62,908 bases of DNA, filler included, from Globobulimina sp. (GCA_003354225.1; 40 parts of 40 records of this genome joined end to end with filler, not necessarily neighbours in it); one strand, 5' to 3'. Counted from the first letter of the whole stretch, positions 24,389 to 37,884 are shown. The notes: generated by a model from the sequence alone, not told the origin. Made by a program: numbers and translations.

Positions 24389-24990
24389 CCTGCTACCAAT
24401 GATGCCACAAACACTGCCAATAATGCCGCTGAATCTGATACGGCACCGCTTAAACCATCCTCAAATACGGCTCCTTCACACGGCGGTAAAGAGCCAAATA
24501 ATGCCGTTATATCTGCAACGGCGCTACAAACCCATCCAAAACCATCCCCTTCACACCGTCACATTGTGCCACATTCCACCAATGATGTTACAAATACTGC
24601 TTCAAATGCCGATAAATCTGCTGCGGCGCCGCCTAAACCATCCCCAAATGCCACTCATTTACACGACGGCAATGCGACAAATACTGCGTCAAATGCCGCT
24701 AAATCTGATGCGGCGCTGCCTAAACCATCCCCAAATGCCACTCATTTACACCGTGGCACTGTGTCAAATGCCACTAATAGCGGCGTTAAATCTGCAAACT
24801 GCACAGCAACTCTCTCCCAAACACTGTGCCACTATTAACGCCGCCCTATCTGCAACAGAGTCGCAAATCTCTCCAAACTGATCCCCTTCACACTGTGGCA
24901 TTGTGGCCGATGCCTCTAATAATGCCGCTTTATGTGCAACGGCGCCACGAAGCTCTCCCAAATCATCCATTAATACCGCTCAACCTGCTA
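24385..24990. repeat. Degenerate tandem repeat, ~90-95-bp unit
   Basis: Recurrent AATGCCGCT.AATCTG..CGGCG...AAACCATCC..CAC; two near-identical units at about 24590-24770. Confidence 0.75.
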
Positions 24991-25216
24991 CGGCTTCGCC
25001 TCATTCTTCCCCCAACTCAACTCAATTACATGGCTGTAATGTCAACCAAATCTTGTGTTTTTAAAAAGGTACGACGAAGATAACTTGCGTTTCTGTTTCA
25101 ACGCAATTTTTATGTCNNNNNNNNNNNNNNNNNNNNNNNNNNNNNNNNNNNNNNNNNNNNTTAATTAATTAANNNNNNNNNNNNNNNNNNNNNNNNNNNN
25201 NNNNNNNNNNNNNNNN

Positions 25217-25831
25217 GGCATGGACAATCCGAGGCAATACATCCATGTATCGAAATGTTTTCATTTTTGTAAAGTAACGGTACAGCCGATTCTTGAGATG
25301 TCGAACATAGATTTCTGCCATAGCCGCTTTGACATCGGGACTGTTGACACTGAAATACTGAATATCCTGTTGCTTTAGGAGATCCTGAAAACTCTGATTC
25401 CTGAATTCACGGCCTCGATCACTGCTCAGGCGCCATGGCTTACGTCCGGTATCGAAAATCTTTTGCATGGCTTTTGTTGTTTCATCGCCAGTTTTTCTCT
25501 TTAGTGGTATAGCCCATAGGTACCGACTTAGCACATCTACACAAACCAATACAAAAGTATAGTTATTGTTATATTTCTTCAGCGAAGAAAAGTCAGCGAG
25601 ATCGACTTGCCAATCGACATCGAGACCCGCGGTCACGATTCTGTTTCGAGGAAATCTCCTCTTTACCGGTTTATGTAGGGTATAGGTTTCTTGTTTACTC
25701 AAAAACTCTTTTACGTCTTTAACTTTTATTTTTGGAAGCTTCTTTTTCGCTTCCTTATACAATTTAGTAATACCAGCATAACAAACAGGGCTATCTGTAG
25801 AATAATATAACTTTTTCAATACATTATCCAT
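25217..25831 (-). CDS. Maverick/Polinton-type retroviral-like (rve) integrase, 3' truncated
   Basis: LYY...YAG..KLY..VKEFLSKQETYTLHKP...WQVDLAD...VDVLSRY...SDRGREF...AE is the characteristic Polinton c-integrase. Confidence 0.92.
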
Positions 25832-25842
25832 ATCTAATCACA

Positions 25843-26628
25843 TTATTTTTTTTGTCTATAACTCCGCCATCCTTCCAAAGGGCTATATACGTTTGTTTCA
25901 TGTCTGACTCTGGTTGATCTGCGCATTGGTCCACCCATTGTCTCTACTCTGTGTCTTTTTCTTGAAGTCGGAGTCTCATCCCGTTCCAAGTGAAACAATG
26001 GCCTGGCTACAGTTTGAGGACTTAATAGTGGTGGTTGTGCAGCGAGTCCTACAGCCCCTGCAGGTTGCTGCAGCTGATCCCATCGGATACGGTTGACAAT
26101 CGCTTCTCTTGGCACATTTGTTTCTCGCAACGCTTGTCCAAACTCCCGCCATCCATTAGGTGGTTGTCCGCGTCGTAGAGGCTTTGCAAAATCAAAAATT
26201 AAATCTGTAATGTTGGAGTCGCGGATTTTCTGGCCACCTATTACCACTTGTCCTTTTTCATCGATGTCTATATTGGGTGCTCTCTTTACATGATTAAGCA
26301 ATAGTTTCGCTTTATTCATGTACTGTTTCGGCATACCCCCGATAATGTCATCGTCGGGTAGTGACAACGAAGAGACTGTAGATCGTGAGTTTACATCGAC
26401 TGTAATAGGTTTATTCAGTTCCTGGTCTCGCATAGTTTGATATTGATGCATTATTTGGTTGTATTGTTTATGTTTCACATCACTGGGGAGATCTGTTGCC
26501 TGGAGCATACTTTGCATATTTTTATCCATCTCAGTAAGCTGTCCAAGGGCAGGGTTTAATTGTTGTTGTGCCATTAGTGCAGAAAGAAGTTGTTGAGGCA
26601 CCAGGGCAACCTTTCGTGCAGATTCCAT
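25843..26628 (-). CDS. Conserved Maverick/Polinton hypothetical protein upstream of the integrase
   Basis: ARKVALVP...KAKLLL...SNITDLI...P.GW.EF..L...NVP; intronless and tightly packed with the integrase. Confidence 0.7.
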   Translation of the reverse strand: MESARKVALVPQQLLSALMAQQQLNPALGQLTEMDKNMQSMLQATDLPSDVKHKQYNQIMHQYQTMRDQELNKPITVDVNSRSTVSSLSLPDDDIIGGMPKQYMNKAKLLLNHVKRAPNIDIDEKGQVVIGGQKIRDSNITDLIFDFAKPLRRGQPPNGWREFGQALRETNVPREAIVNRIRWDQLQQPAGAVGLAAQPPLLSPQTVARPLFHLERDETPTSRKRHRVETMGGPMRRSTRVRHETNVYSPLEGWRSYRQKK

Positions 26629-26791
26629 TACTACAATAATTCAGTCAACGGTGTCGCCCCTAATCCCAAAGCAGGAGCAGGCAGGGCAGGCNNNNNNNNN
26701 NNNNNNNNNNNNNNNNNNNNNNNNNNNNNNNNNNNTTAATTAATTAANNNNNNNNNNNNNNNNNNNNNNNNNNNNNNNNNNNNNNNNNNNN

Positions 26792-28109
26792 TGTCATAAT
26801 ATTTTGCAATTAAATCTGTCAAGTCATTTGACAGATGGCAAGAATAGGTTTCCTCAAAATTAATTCTAACATATCCATAAATAATTTTTGAATAATGCAT
26901 TGCATAAAAATCAAATAATTGCGGTGGTATCATATCATATAAATTCATTCTAACATGTGATTGGTCATAATAGTTTATTAGATGTATATAATTATCATCT
27001 GTTTTGGCAATGTCCCCAGCCGCTAATTCCAATGGCAAATTCAAATGCGATTTATACCATTTTTTACTGTTCAATTCTAAACAAAAAATTTCATTTTTAT
27101 TTAATTTATTTGGTTTAAAACATAACATAAACACAATTGATTTAAACGCATAAATAAATCTACATCTTCCCTCTGCATTCACTGGTAATCTCAATGGATA
27201 CTCCCACCATAAATTACCACCTCCATTAACATCATAACACCAAATATCGCCCAAATAAGTTGTATCATCCAAAGCACTCTCACCAAATATTGCACTCTCA
27301 CCAATTCCAAATAACATTATTATTCCCCTCTCTTCATCGAATATCATTGCTGTATCATCCAATTCCTTTGGAAATGTGTCTGTGATACATGTAAATTGTT
27401 GCGTATGTCTTTCGTATCTCATTCCAGTTAGTTTCCGATTCATAATTCCGATGAAATATAAGTGGTCCACCGGTGATGCAATATAAAATGATTCGGGATA
27501 TTCTGTTTCCAATACCTCGCAATCTGCGGTAACTGTCCACTGCTTTGAGAGTAAATTGTAGATAGCGAATGACTCTGAAATACCAGAAAATAAATATAAA
27601 TCATGGTGTATTGTATCAATGGCTAAGCCATTTTCATCGGGACACAGTGAAGATGGATAATTTGTGAGTTTGTTATATGTATTATCAGCTATGTTATATG
27701 AATATATTCCAGGCGCTTCGCCATCATCCACACAAATTCCAACAATGATTTGATTCTTATAATATACTGGATACGGTGGAATAGTATCTCTAGCAATTGC
27801 GAGTAAATTGTAATATTGAATGTACGATGCGTTGTTGCGTTCAATTTTTTCATACGTTTTATCAATCCAACGCAGTACAGCTGATCTTTGATGCAAGAGT
27901 TTAATTTGAATGTGAGTTTCATTCATATCAATTATGGTGGCAGCGCACCATTGATCATCGGTAAATACTGTAATTTTGTCTCCAATCTTTGCATTATTGA
28001 CACAGCCATTCTTACAGCATGCATTATTAACCTTCATTTTAAAAGGTTTTTTTAGATAAAAATCAAGAATAACATTTATTAACAAACTTATATGTTTTAA
28101 TTTAACCAA
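26792..28109 (-). CDS. Kelch/beta-propeller protein with N-terminal Tudor-like barrel
   Basis: Repeated LYLFSG..YNL..KQW and IMLFG..IWCYD..W blades. Confidence 0.7.
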
Positions 28110-28801
28110 TCAAAGACAAAACACACGCAAATATACAATTGCATTCATTTTAATACTAATTTCTTTTAAAATGGATAATATACATCGGATATGCTCGAAT
28201 ATCATCATGAATAACATATATTTGTGGCTTACTTTTATTATCCACCAAGGAATCATACATCAATACNNNNNNNNNNNNNNNNNNNNNNNNNNNNNNNNNN
28301 NNNNNNNNNNTTAATTAATTAANNNNNNNNNNNNNNNNNNNNNNNNNNNNNNNNNNNNNNNNNNNNAACTTAGCAATTATCATTGAATGATACCTTGTTC
28401 GTGGTTCGAATCTGTCATATATTAACAAATAATGCAAGGATTGAAATTCCAAATTGGTTTGGTTTGTTTCAGAAAAAAGTAGGGAATTTCTAGATCTGTC
28501 GCTTAATAACAGTGTTCTGATTAGAATCTGTTGTCGCAGTTAATATCATCATCATGCATAAAAATCGAAGGGGTAACATCCAGAATCAAAGTATCAGACA
28601 GATGATTTTCATCAATTTATACAAAACTTTTCATAATTGTATTGTATAAAAACTTTTCATAATTATGACCAGTATTACTGTAGTGTTCACGCCGCACACT
28701 GACTCTTTCGTTGATCAAATATAATATAAATCTTGTAAATACTGAGAAAAAACCTAAAGTACACACTCAAAACCTAAAGTTTTCCATAGTATATGTTTTA
28801 A

Positions 28802-29841
28802 TTATTTTATCACTACAACCACATGCGCACTATCACAAGTTACATTTTGTCTTTGTTCTGGAATGTTTACCAATATTTTCCCACAATGAGAAGAACCAAG
28901 ATGTTTAATATATGTTCCAGTTTTAGACTTCATCTTTCCATGAACCACTTGGATTGTTTTGTTTGCCTCGGGAGATATTGATGGATCAAAAACGTGTGTT
29001 ATTTCCGACAATGATACGTTTATTTTGTTGCTTTGGTTGAAAGTGCAAAGTGATACATTATTTTGTTGAAAGAAATGAATAATTGAACAAGTATTTGATT
29101 CTCTGTTAATTCCTGCAATGATTACAAACTGATCCTTATATTTTAACAATGCATTCTGAACAATAAAATAATATCTATCTTTTAACAATGCCGTTGGTCT
29201 ATGAATATACAGTGAATACTCACATTTTGCAAATACAAAAATTAAATAATCATTGGGATATCCTGCAATAAATTCGTAATATGGCCTATATTGAGCATAA
29301 GTAATATGTGATATTTTTTGTAATTTTTCACCATTAATATTAACTCGAAAACAACATTGAATAAATTTTTTAGTTCGCTTAAAATATTCATTCATAACAG
29401 CTTCAATTGAATCTTGTTCACAAATCCATGCAACTAACGGTATTCCATCAAATTTAAATAATGTATTCAGAATATTAATATCTGTCTTCTCATTTAATTC
29501 TGGATTTTTAGTCTGTAAACATATAAATTTAATTCTTAATTTAAATCGCATTTTTTCTGAGACTGCATTCGGTTTTGATCTCAGTAGAAACAAATCAAAG
29601 GTTCGACCTTTAACACTGCGATAAAATTGCTTCGGTGATGTGTCATACACTGAAAAATCGTTTGTTTTTACATTCTTCTCTGGTTTTGTCGATATAATGC
29701 AATCAATTTCGTCATTTATTGATGGGACACTATTTTCGGTGTAATTGTGATCAAAATTCTCTCCATAAAATAATTTCAGCTCAGTTTCATAATCTTTTCT
29801 GAAACTATTATTTTTTGATTTGGATGCATATATAGTTTGGA
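28802..29841 (-). CDS. Hypothetical protein with C-terminal KOW-like motif (5' partial)
   Basis: IQVVHGKMKSKTG; the ORF appears to continue upstream toward the contig edge. Confidence 0.45.
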
Positions 29842-30172
29842 NNNNNNNNNNNNNNNNNNNNNNNNNNNNNNNNNNNNNNNNNNNNTTAATTAATTAANNN
29901 NNNNNNNNNNNNNNNNNNNNNNNNNNNNNNNNNNNNNNNNNACTTCACTTCTTCACTTCTTCATAATGGCACCTTGTTGCAACTTCTAAAGCACCTGTTT
30001 TAAGGCATAAATTCAAAAGGTAGCGCTAATCAAGAAAGTCCAGCAAATTAATTTCAACAAATATCAAAGTCAATTAGATACAAAAGAATAGCAACAGCCG
30101 TTTAATTTAATTTTTAATAGATTCGTGAGAAGTAATTCAATCATAAACACCATACGCATTTTCGCAATCAAA

Positions 30173-31416
30173 ATGGCAGATTTTAAGCATGCAGACAATG
30201 TATTAAGTCGTCAGCAATTAGATTTTATCAAATGTCGGGACAATTATGTAATTACAGAGAACATCCTCGGTTTCTCATCGCGTGATATTGAGCAACTTAT
30301 TGCAGAATATGGAGAAAATGCAATATATATCAGAACATATCCAGATTACCACAATACAACGCAAATAAAGCATGAATTGCAGCTTATATTAAAGGCAAAT
30401 CGTGCGAATGATATGAGCCAGTATGGATTTGCCGTCCTGTTGGCCAACACAATTGATCTCCAAATCGCGGGTGAAATTAACAAATTAGTCAGTGATGTCA
30501 CCGTCGTTCGGCAAATGAGTGACAATAAATGCGAATTTGTCAAATATGCAAAGGTGCTCTTCATAGTAAATGAAGAAGATGCACATATCTTAAATAACGT
30601 CATTAAATTAATTAAAATGCATTTAATTGGAAACACAGAATTTGTGCGGTATTTAGGTGGTAATGGCATAGATTCCGTATGTCATTTTACCACAAATAAG
30701 AATTATAGAATCTACGGAATTAGACTCAATTTTTTTTCGTGCAGTATAAAGGATTATGGCTCGTTACAACAAATTGCCATCTTCTTTGCGACGAACATGA
30801 AACAGTTAAAACCGGGCCAATGGGAATTTTTTGCCTCATTTGATGCCCTTAACCAAAGATTAAAGATGAATTCTTTCGAATTGTCATCAAATACCAGAAT
30901 TGAAACATTATCGGACAATGAAAGAGTGTGTATACCAAAGAATTACACAATTAATGGCCTTCCGTGTGGACTAAATTTGAGAATAACTCGTTTGGGCAAA
31001 ATTAGAATGTCAACGGATAGTAAATTACTGATAAATAACGAGTGTCAAAAAAGTGATTTCCAGTTAAAAATGAATGGATTATGTATTCATGAGCCTGTAA
31101 TCCAAAAAATCCATATTCAAGCCCGACAATATAAAAAATACCATATCTCGAAACCGCTATTAGTCAATGCTATGATTCGCGTCTTTAACTATAAAAAAAG
31201 TGAAATTCGCCCCGAAGATACGATAAATTACGCGATTCGGAGCAAATTGTGGTCGATTAATAATTCAATCATACAGTTCGATGTTTGTATGAATCAAAAT
31301 GATGCGAATAACGACTGTGACAGTGATGGCGACGACGATAATGACACAAATATGGAAAATAAACAAATAAAAAACAACTTAAATCAAATGAAGGCTCTAC
31401 ATTTTGGTGGTCCACA
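30173..31416 (+). CDS. Hypothetical protein (3' truncated)
   Basis: More than 400 codons open; no family recognised. Confidence 0.55.
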
Positions 31417-31516
31417 NNNNNNNNNNNNNNNNNNNNNNNNNNNNNNNNNNNNNNNNNNNNTTAATTAATTAANNNNNNNNNNNNNNNNNNNNNNNNNNNN
31501 NNNNNNNNNNNNNNNN

Positions 31517-32356
31517 CAAACAAAAAGGTCACAAAATCGTAACGTTTCTGCGTTTCTGTCAAATATAATGTTAAAAATACTTTTAAATAGAGTTTATATG
31601 CCATCATGGATGAGCAATGAAAGAAGAGAGATTATAAAATCGTTTGGTTCGCAAATTATAAATGTAACAAAAGAAGAAGGCGGCTTTGTGGGTGCACTAA
31701 AATTACAAGAAAAATCATTAATGGATAATAAAGAAACAAACTCTGAGAATTTATTTGTAGCTCATCAATTTGATAATATATATAATGTAGAATCACATTT
31801 TTTATTTACTGGACATGAAATTTCAACACAATTATTTAATTTAGGTTTATGTGCCGATGTATTCATTGCTGGTGTTGGAACTGGCGGCACTGTGATGGGG
31901 ACTGGCGATCATTTGACAAAATATCACAATAAAAATATTGTTATTTATGCATTGGAACCAAAAAATAGTCCAATATTATCACTTAAAGTACATTTACAAG
32001 AGAATTCACATCGGATTCAAGGTATTTCGGATGAATTTGTGCCATCGATTATTGATTATAATAAAATAAATCAAAAAATAATTGGTGTATGGGATGGCGA
32101 TGCAATATTAATGGCACAGAAATTATCGAAATTTGGTTTAGGTGTAGGGATATCATCAGGTGCTAATTTTATTGGTGCGGTCACCACTGCGGAACATATG
32201 AAAAATAAAAATGCGTTTGATCCGATTGTTGTTACTGTTTTTCCAGATTCTTCAAAAAAATACATCTCAACTGATTTGTTTAAAACTGAACCTGAACCGG
32301 AACATTATAAATCGTTGGATGTTGAATTGATTGATATGCATTGTTTTGGAATGTAA
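31517..32356 (+). CDS. cysK: PLP-dependent cysteine synthase family protein (5' partial; putative intron ~31544-31590)
   Basis: FIAGVGTGGT, HRIQGI, GVGISSGAN, VVTVFPDS.KKY.ST. Confidence 0.9.
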   Translation, partial: QTKRSQNRNVSAFLSNIMLKILLNRVYMPSWMSNERREIIKSFGSQIINVTKEEGGFVGALKLQEKSLMDNKETNSENLFVAHQFDNIYNVESHFLFTGHEISTQLFNLGLCADVFIAGVGTGGTVMGTGDHLTKYHNKNIVIYALEPKNSPILSLKVHLQENSHRIQGISDEFVPSIIDYNKINQKIIGVWDGDAILMAQKLSKFGLGVGISSGANFIGAVTTAEHMKNKNAFDPIVVTVFPDSSKKYISTDLFKTEPEPEHYKSLDVELIDMHCFGM

Positions 32357-32450
32357 GCAATTAGTTTTGAAGAATTAAATGTTTTATTAAGATTAACGTT
32401 TTCTTGAAGTGAGCTAGTCACATACCGTTTGCTTTCGAATTTCATTTGCA

Positions 32451-32991
32451 ATGTCTAATACTGAAATAACAACTGAGATTAAATCTAATGCTGAAATAAC
32501 AAAAGAATTATTACAAGAACTGCATAATGAACAATTAATGCATGGTGAAAATAATACATCCAATACATGTGAACTGTTACATATATTTGGTGGTATTGAT
32601 GGTGTGATATCAACATATCTCAAGTCAAATGATATAATATTATCTACAAACGAGTTACAACAAATTCATGCAATATTAGCCATTCCATTCAAATATAGCG
32701 AGAAAAATAAACAATTTTCATTAACAAACATATATAACAACAACGAAAAGGGCAATGAAAAACATGACGGCGTATTTGGTGATTTGATATACAAATTTGA
32801 TGTCAATAACACTTATTTACATTGTTTATTTGGTATAGAAAATGGTATTAAAATTAAAAATGTAATAAGCCATAAAATAACGTCGGTATTGCTGCTGCTA
32901 AGTGGCGTGATTGGAACTATCGGATTTTCCATGAAATTGTCTGGATTTTACGGCAATTTATTTTATATGTATTTCATTGTCGTTAGTTGCA
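32451..32991 (+). CDS. Hypothetical membrane protein (3' truncated)
   Basis: ORF ending in hydrophobic helices. Confidence 0.5.
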
Positions 32992-33091
32992 NNNNNNNNN
33001 NNNNNNNNNNNNNNNNNNNNNNNNNNNNNNNNNNNTTAATTAATTAANNNNNNNNNNNNNNNNNNNNNNNNNNNNNNNNNNNNNNNNNNNN

Positions 33092-33952
33092 CACAGAAAT
33101 CACAAAATTTACATTCTGTCCATTTACATTCTTTTCATGTTCATCCACGCCGTTCATTGAAGATAAGGCGCTGTAAATTGACTCACTTGACTCTGAACTG
33201 GTAATTCTGGATTTTTTTTTTCGTTTTAATTTTAACTTTCTCTTTGAAGCGCTGTCTGAGGAATCGCCAGAACCAGAACCCGAATCATCAGAAACCGAAT
33301 CACTGTGATACGTCGTTGATGTTGTAATGGCTGTGCCACATAATCTAATTTCATCGATGAAACAGTAATGTAAGTTATTTTCGCTGTCGGTGGAATTAAT
33401 TGGCCACAATGATGTCGCTTCCCATCGAATTTGAAGTGCTGCAGTATTACTTGCATCCGCACCGAGGGATTCTGTGATTATTAGCATCGATGAATTGTAG
33501 AATTCGGCCTCGGTCATACCAGCGACAGAAGCGTGTAAATCAAGGGTTGAAAATGTTTCTCCATCGACGGTATAACTACTCCCACACTCTCCATCTGCAG
33601 TGGTGATCGGTACCGTTTTAATTGTAAACGCAGCATGTTTTAATGCATAATTGATGGTAATATCTGTGAATCCGATTGTTGATATTAATCCTAATTTGGA
33701 TAAGAAATTTGGTGTTGTTGTGACTGAATCAAAATCATATTCAATGATACCATAACAATCTTCGTCATAACACCGATCTGTATCATTAATCACATGGTAA
33801 TAACCAGGGTAAGCTGTTCCGTCAGTGTCAAATATCCAATCAGTAAAATTTTCAGCGTTTTCATAAAATAATTCTGTTTGGGACGAAAGGCATTGAAGAG
33901 ACTGCGAATTTACGATACAAGCAATCACTGTTAATATTAATAACAATAACAT
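33092..33952 (-). CDS. Secreted hypothetical protein, possibly jelly-roll/lectin-like (3' truncated)
   Basis: Signal peptide MLLLLILTVIACIVNS; acidic beta-rich domain ending CFIDEIRLCG; Ser-rich linker. Confidence 0.65.
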
Positions 33953-34864
33953 ATCGGATGTCTGGTGTGGTGTGGTTTGGTTATGTCAAACTTTCTTGTT
34001 TAGCTACTAGTAGCGGGCGGATGTAGATGACCTGAAGTGAAGTAAAGTAGTTTATGAAAATAAATGTTAGAAAAGACAAGCATATGCTTTAGATCCGTAG
34101 AAGTATTTTACTCCGAACGATTGGAGGATATATACGCAAACACACTGGAATATTATAAAAATTAACGGAATGGAAAAAATACGGCTCATGCACTTGTGTA
34201 CAAAATGGAATGTCCAATTCAACGCATTTTACGTACAAAATAAAGGATAATAATATCTCGATGTTGGCGGTTTATCCCATATAATAATCAATTTCTTGGC
34301 ATGCCTCACTGATTGGATGTGCTGCGAACTTTATTATGTATATAAGCACAACATGGGATGAATGCGAATGTTTACAGAATCCAATTGCATTAAGTGCCGA
34401 TTCAAATCAATATATCAAATCAGCAGTTATTGCAAAAAATAGTAGCATATAAAAATGTGTATGGATATGGTATTGATATTTTTGATAAAAAAGAAGGATT
34501 TGCGGCAGTCGATTTTTCGTTACGTGGCATTAAAAATAATTTTATTTCAGCATTACATGCTTGTTTNNNNNNNNNNNNNNNNNNNNNNNNNNNNNNNNNN
34601 NNNNNNNNNNTTAATTAATTAANNNNNNNNNNNNNNNNNNNNNNNNNNNNNNNNNNNNNNNNNNNNGTTTATACGGTAGTGGAGTGCGCCTGTGTGGTTT
34701 ATTGTGGGGAGTGGATTGGTGGACTGGTATTCGTTACCAGAAACAACAAAAAAAAAAAACAATTAGAAAAAAAGTAACATCAACGAAATCCATGTGGTAT
34801 ATAACAATCTTCTCGATCTTAGGTAAGTATATATTTATATATAAATACACACTGTGGATTTATT

Positions 34865-35723
34865 AATTAACTGTGGATTACGTACATTTATAATATCAGG
34901 TTTTTGTATAACCTGCGGATTTGGAATAACAACACGAATTATTACATTGTATCAATTACCAGAAAATCTATGTTATCACACAGGTAGAATGGGGTCATTT
35001 TTATACATTATATCGAAACAATTGATGTATTTATTATTTATTTTACGTCTTTATACAGTTTATAGAGACAGTCAATATGCGTATAGATTGAACTCCTTAT
35101 GTTTCATGGCCGTAATGTCTGTGTTTTTAAGCATTGCTTGCTTAATTTTAATGAGTTTGTATGGTCAAAGCAACAATGTAGTTATTAGAGGCACACCGCT
35201 TAAAAATTGTGTCATGACATTCCCATTCTTGTTAACAGCATATGCCGCATTTAATGATTTATTAAATCAATCCGTATTAATTTATTTGTTTGTAAAACCA
35301 TTGATTTTATTACAAAACGAACATTTAAACACTAATTCTCACACAAGAGCAGAATTTCGTAAATTGTCGTTAAAATATTATATATTGGGATTAACTGCGA
35401 GTATAAGTACCATCTTATTTTTATTGACCGTGCCATTAATAGGCACTGTGATATTCGCTGCGGTCGATTGTATTATTAATAGTTTCTGTCTTTTATTTTG
35501 TTTCCATCATTGGGACAGTGAGTATAGATTTGTTTGTAAAGGCTTTATTGGCCTCGTTGAGTGCTTATGTTTTAGAAGGAGTGACATCGAAATTCAATTG
35601 CAAAAACAAAATGGATCAACTGTTGCCTCTGCGACCAGAGGTTGTGATGACGTCGAATCTATATCGGCGAGATCGCCGCGATCCATGTCGTCAATGGAAA
35701 CAATCACAAACGTTCCCCTCTAA
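34865..35723 (+). CDS. 7TM-like multi-pass membrane protein (last exon)
   Basis: About 6 hydrophobic segments; LRLY, LFVKPL, VDCIINSFC. Confidence 0.7.
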
Positions 35724-36241
35724 AATATTTTTTCTGTGTAAATAATAAATATTCCAATGTTATATTAAAATAGTATTTGTTGTGATTTTTTATGTGTAAC
35801 AAACGAGAGCAATCTCCGTACTCTTTTTTTTGTTTTCTGTATTATACTAATTACTTGACGTGTTTTCATGCACTCTTTTTCTGTCTGAAATTTTCTGACT
35901 AGTTTCAAATCCGATACTTTTTTTAAAAATAAATCGAAACGTTGCGACGATGTCAACCCTCAAGTTTGTAAAATATAAACCCATGCAATATCTCAACATG
36001 ATTTGAACACACCGTAACAAACCAGACATCAACAACGATTATCAAAATTAATTGGTCATCTAGATCCTCAACCAAATCTCCAACCAAATCCGACATCAGC
36101 AGAAAGTGAATATGTCGCTCATTACCGTAAACAACTACGTGNNNNNNNNNNNNNNNNNNNNNNNNNNNNNNNNNNNNNNNNNNNNTTAATTAATTAANNN
36201 NNNNNNNNNNNNNNNNNNNNNNNNNNNNNNNNNNNNNNNNN

Positions 36242-37288
36242 ATTAATTTAACGAATACGTCCTTTGAAAATATGGTTAATGTTAGAACTAAGCGTAAAAA
36301 TGAATTATTAAAACAATTAGAAAACGCTTCAAATGCACAGTATGATAAATTATTGAAACAACAAAACGAATTTAAAAATATGAAGAATAAATTATATGAA
36401 TGCTATAAAAGTACACAAGAATTAATGAAAGATTTACAAATTGATAAAAATAAAAGAAAAGAAAAAATATTATTACTTTCAAAAGAAATACTAAAAGAAA
36501 CATCAAATAATAAAAATATTAATTTACATATAAATCAACATATATGTTTAAAAATTGATACGCATAAAATTAACAATGTAATATCCAAAACAGGGTATGC
36601 ATGATTTTTAGGTGTGTGTCGTTACAAATGTTTGAATCTGTGTTTAATTTCAATCCAAAGGTTTATTTGTAATGATGGTAGTCATCAAAATATGGAAGCA
36701 GAAGAAACAAAATCTAATCATATGCAGCTTACTGAGAATAATATAAAATTTGACATTTATAACCCCAAACAAATTGCAGTTATTAATAATGGAACATTGA
36801 TTCAATGTGTTCAGGGTTGTTGTTACAGCGCCATTACGAGCACCACATCATTTGATCAAGGTATACATGAATGGAAAATTAGAATTTTGGAAGATATAAA
36901 TAACAAAGGTTGTAAAGGATGTTTTTATCCGGGAATTATTGGTGATATCAGTAATATATCAGAAAGCGTAACGAATTCTCCGTTTGGTGGTTGGATTGGT
37001 GATATGGAATTCACCAATTATGGATATATTATAAAAGGAAGTAGTATGTTTGGATATGGGTTAAGTGTGAAACAAGGGCAATTGAACTGTGTTGAAAGTG
37101 TTGGCACAATGGATACATACACGAGAAAAGTTGGGACTATTTTCAAAATAGTGCTCAACTGCGATGATTGGACAATCCAAGTATCACAAAATGAGAATAA
37201 AATGAAATGGTGTATTGCCAAAAAAATACCTTATCATCCTTATATTGTGACTTGTGGATGCAGACGACAATTTGAGTTAATATTATAA
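36242..37288 (+). CDS. Coiled-coil + SPRY/B30.2 protein (TRIM-like C-terminus), intron ~36595-36660
   Basis: Coiled-coil ORF followed by GIHEWKIRI...G.IFKIVLNCDDWTI...YHP. Confidence 0.65.
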
Positions 37289-37884
37289 TATCATCAACAA
37301 TTTAATATACATAATTTCATTGAAAAGTTGCATTTTAAAACCAGACTTTACGAATATTTGGTCCTTGAGGGAAAATGAATTGTGCTCTGTTTCGAGGGTT
37401 GATTTGTCACTTCACATTTAAAAAAAAACTAGAAAAAAAAATGAAAAGAATTCAAATCCAAAGTCCAAACGTAATAAAGTAAAAACAAAAAAAGTACATG
37501 ATTTCAATTAAAAAAAAGTTATAAAAAAAAAATAGGTATTAAAGATACCAAAAAAAAAGTACTGTTTAAACAATTCATACTGTAACAAATACATAATCAT
37601 AACAATATTTTATAAACCAATAATTATACTTTACTTGAAAGGTTTTCACAGAATCAATCCACGCCAAAAATATCATCATCTTCATCTTGACTTTGATCTG
37701 AAAGCTGTTTATTACCNNNNNNNNNNNNNNNNNNNNNNNNNNNNNNNNNNNNNNNNNNNNTTAATTAATTAANNNNNNNNNNNNNNNNNNNNNNNNNNNN
37801 NNNNNNNNNNNNNNNNATACATACCAAAAATTGTATACGCAAACCAAAAAACGGAGTCAAACGACTCAGATTTGTTGAATTTTT

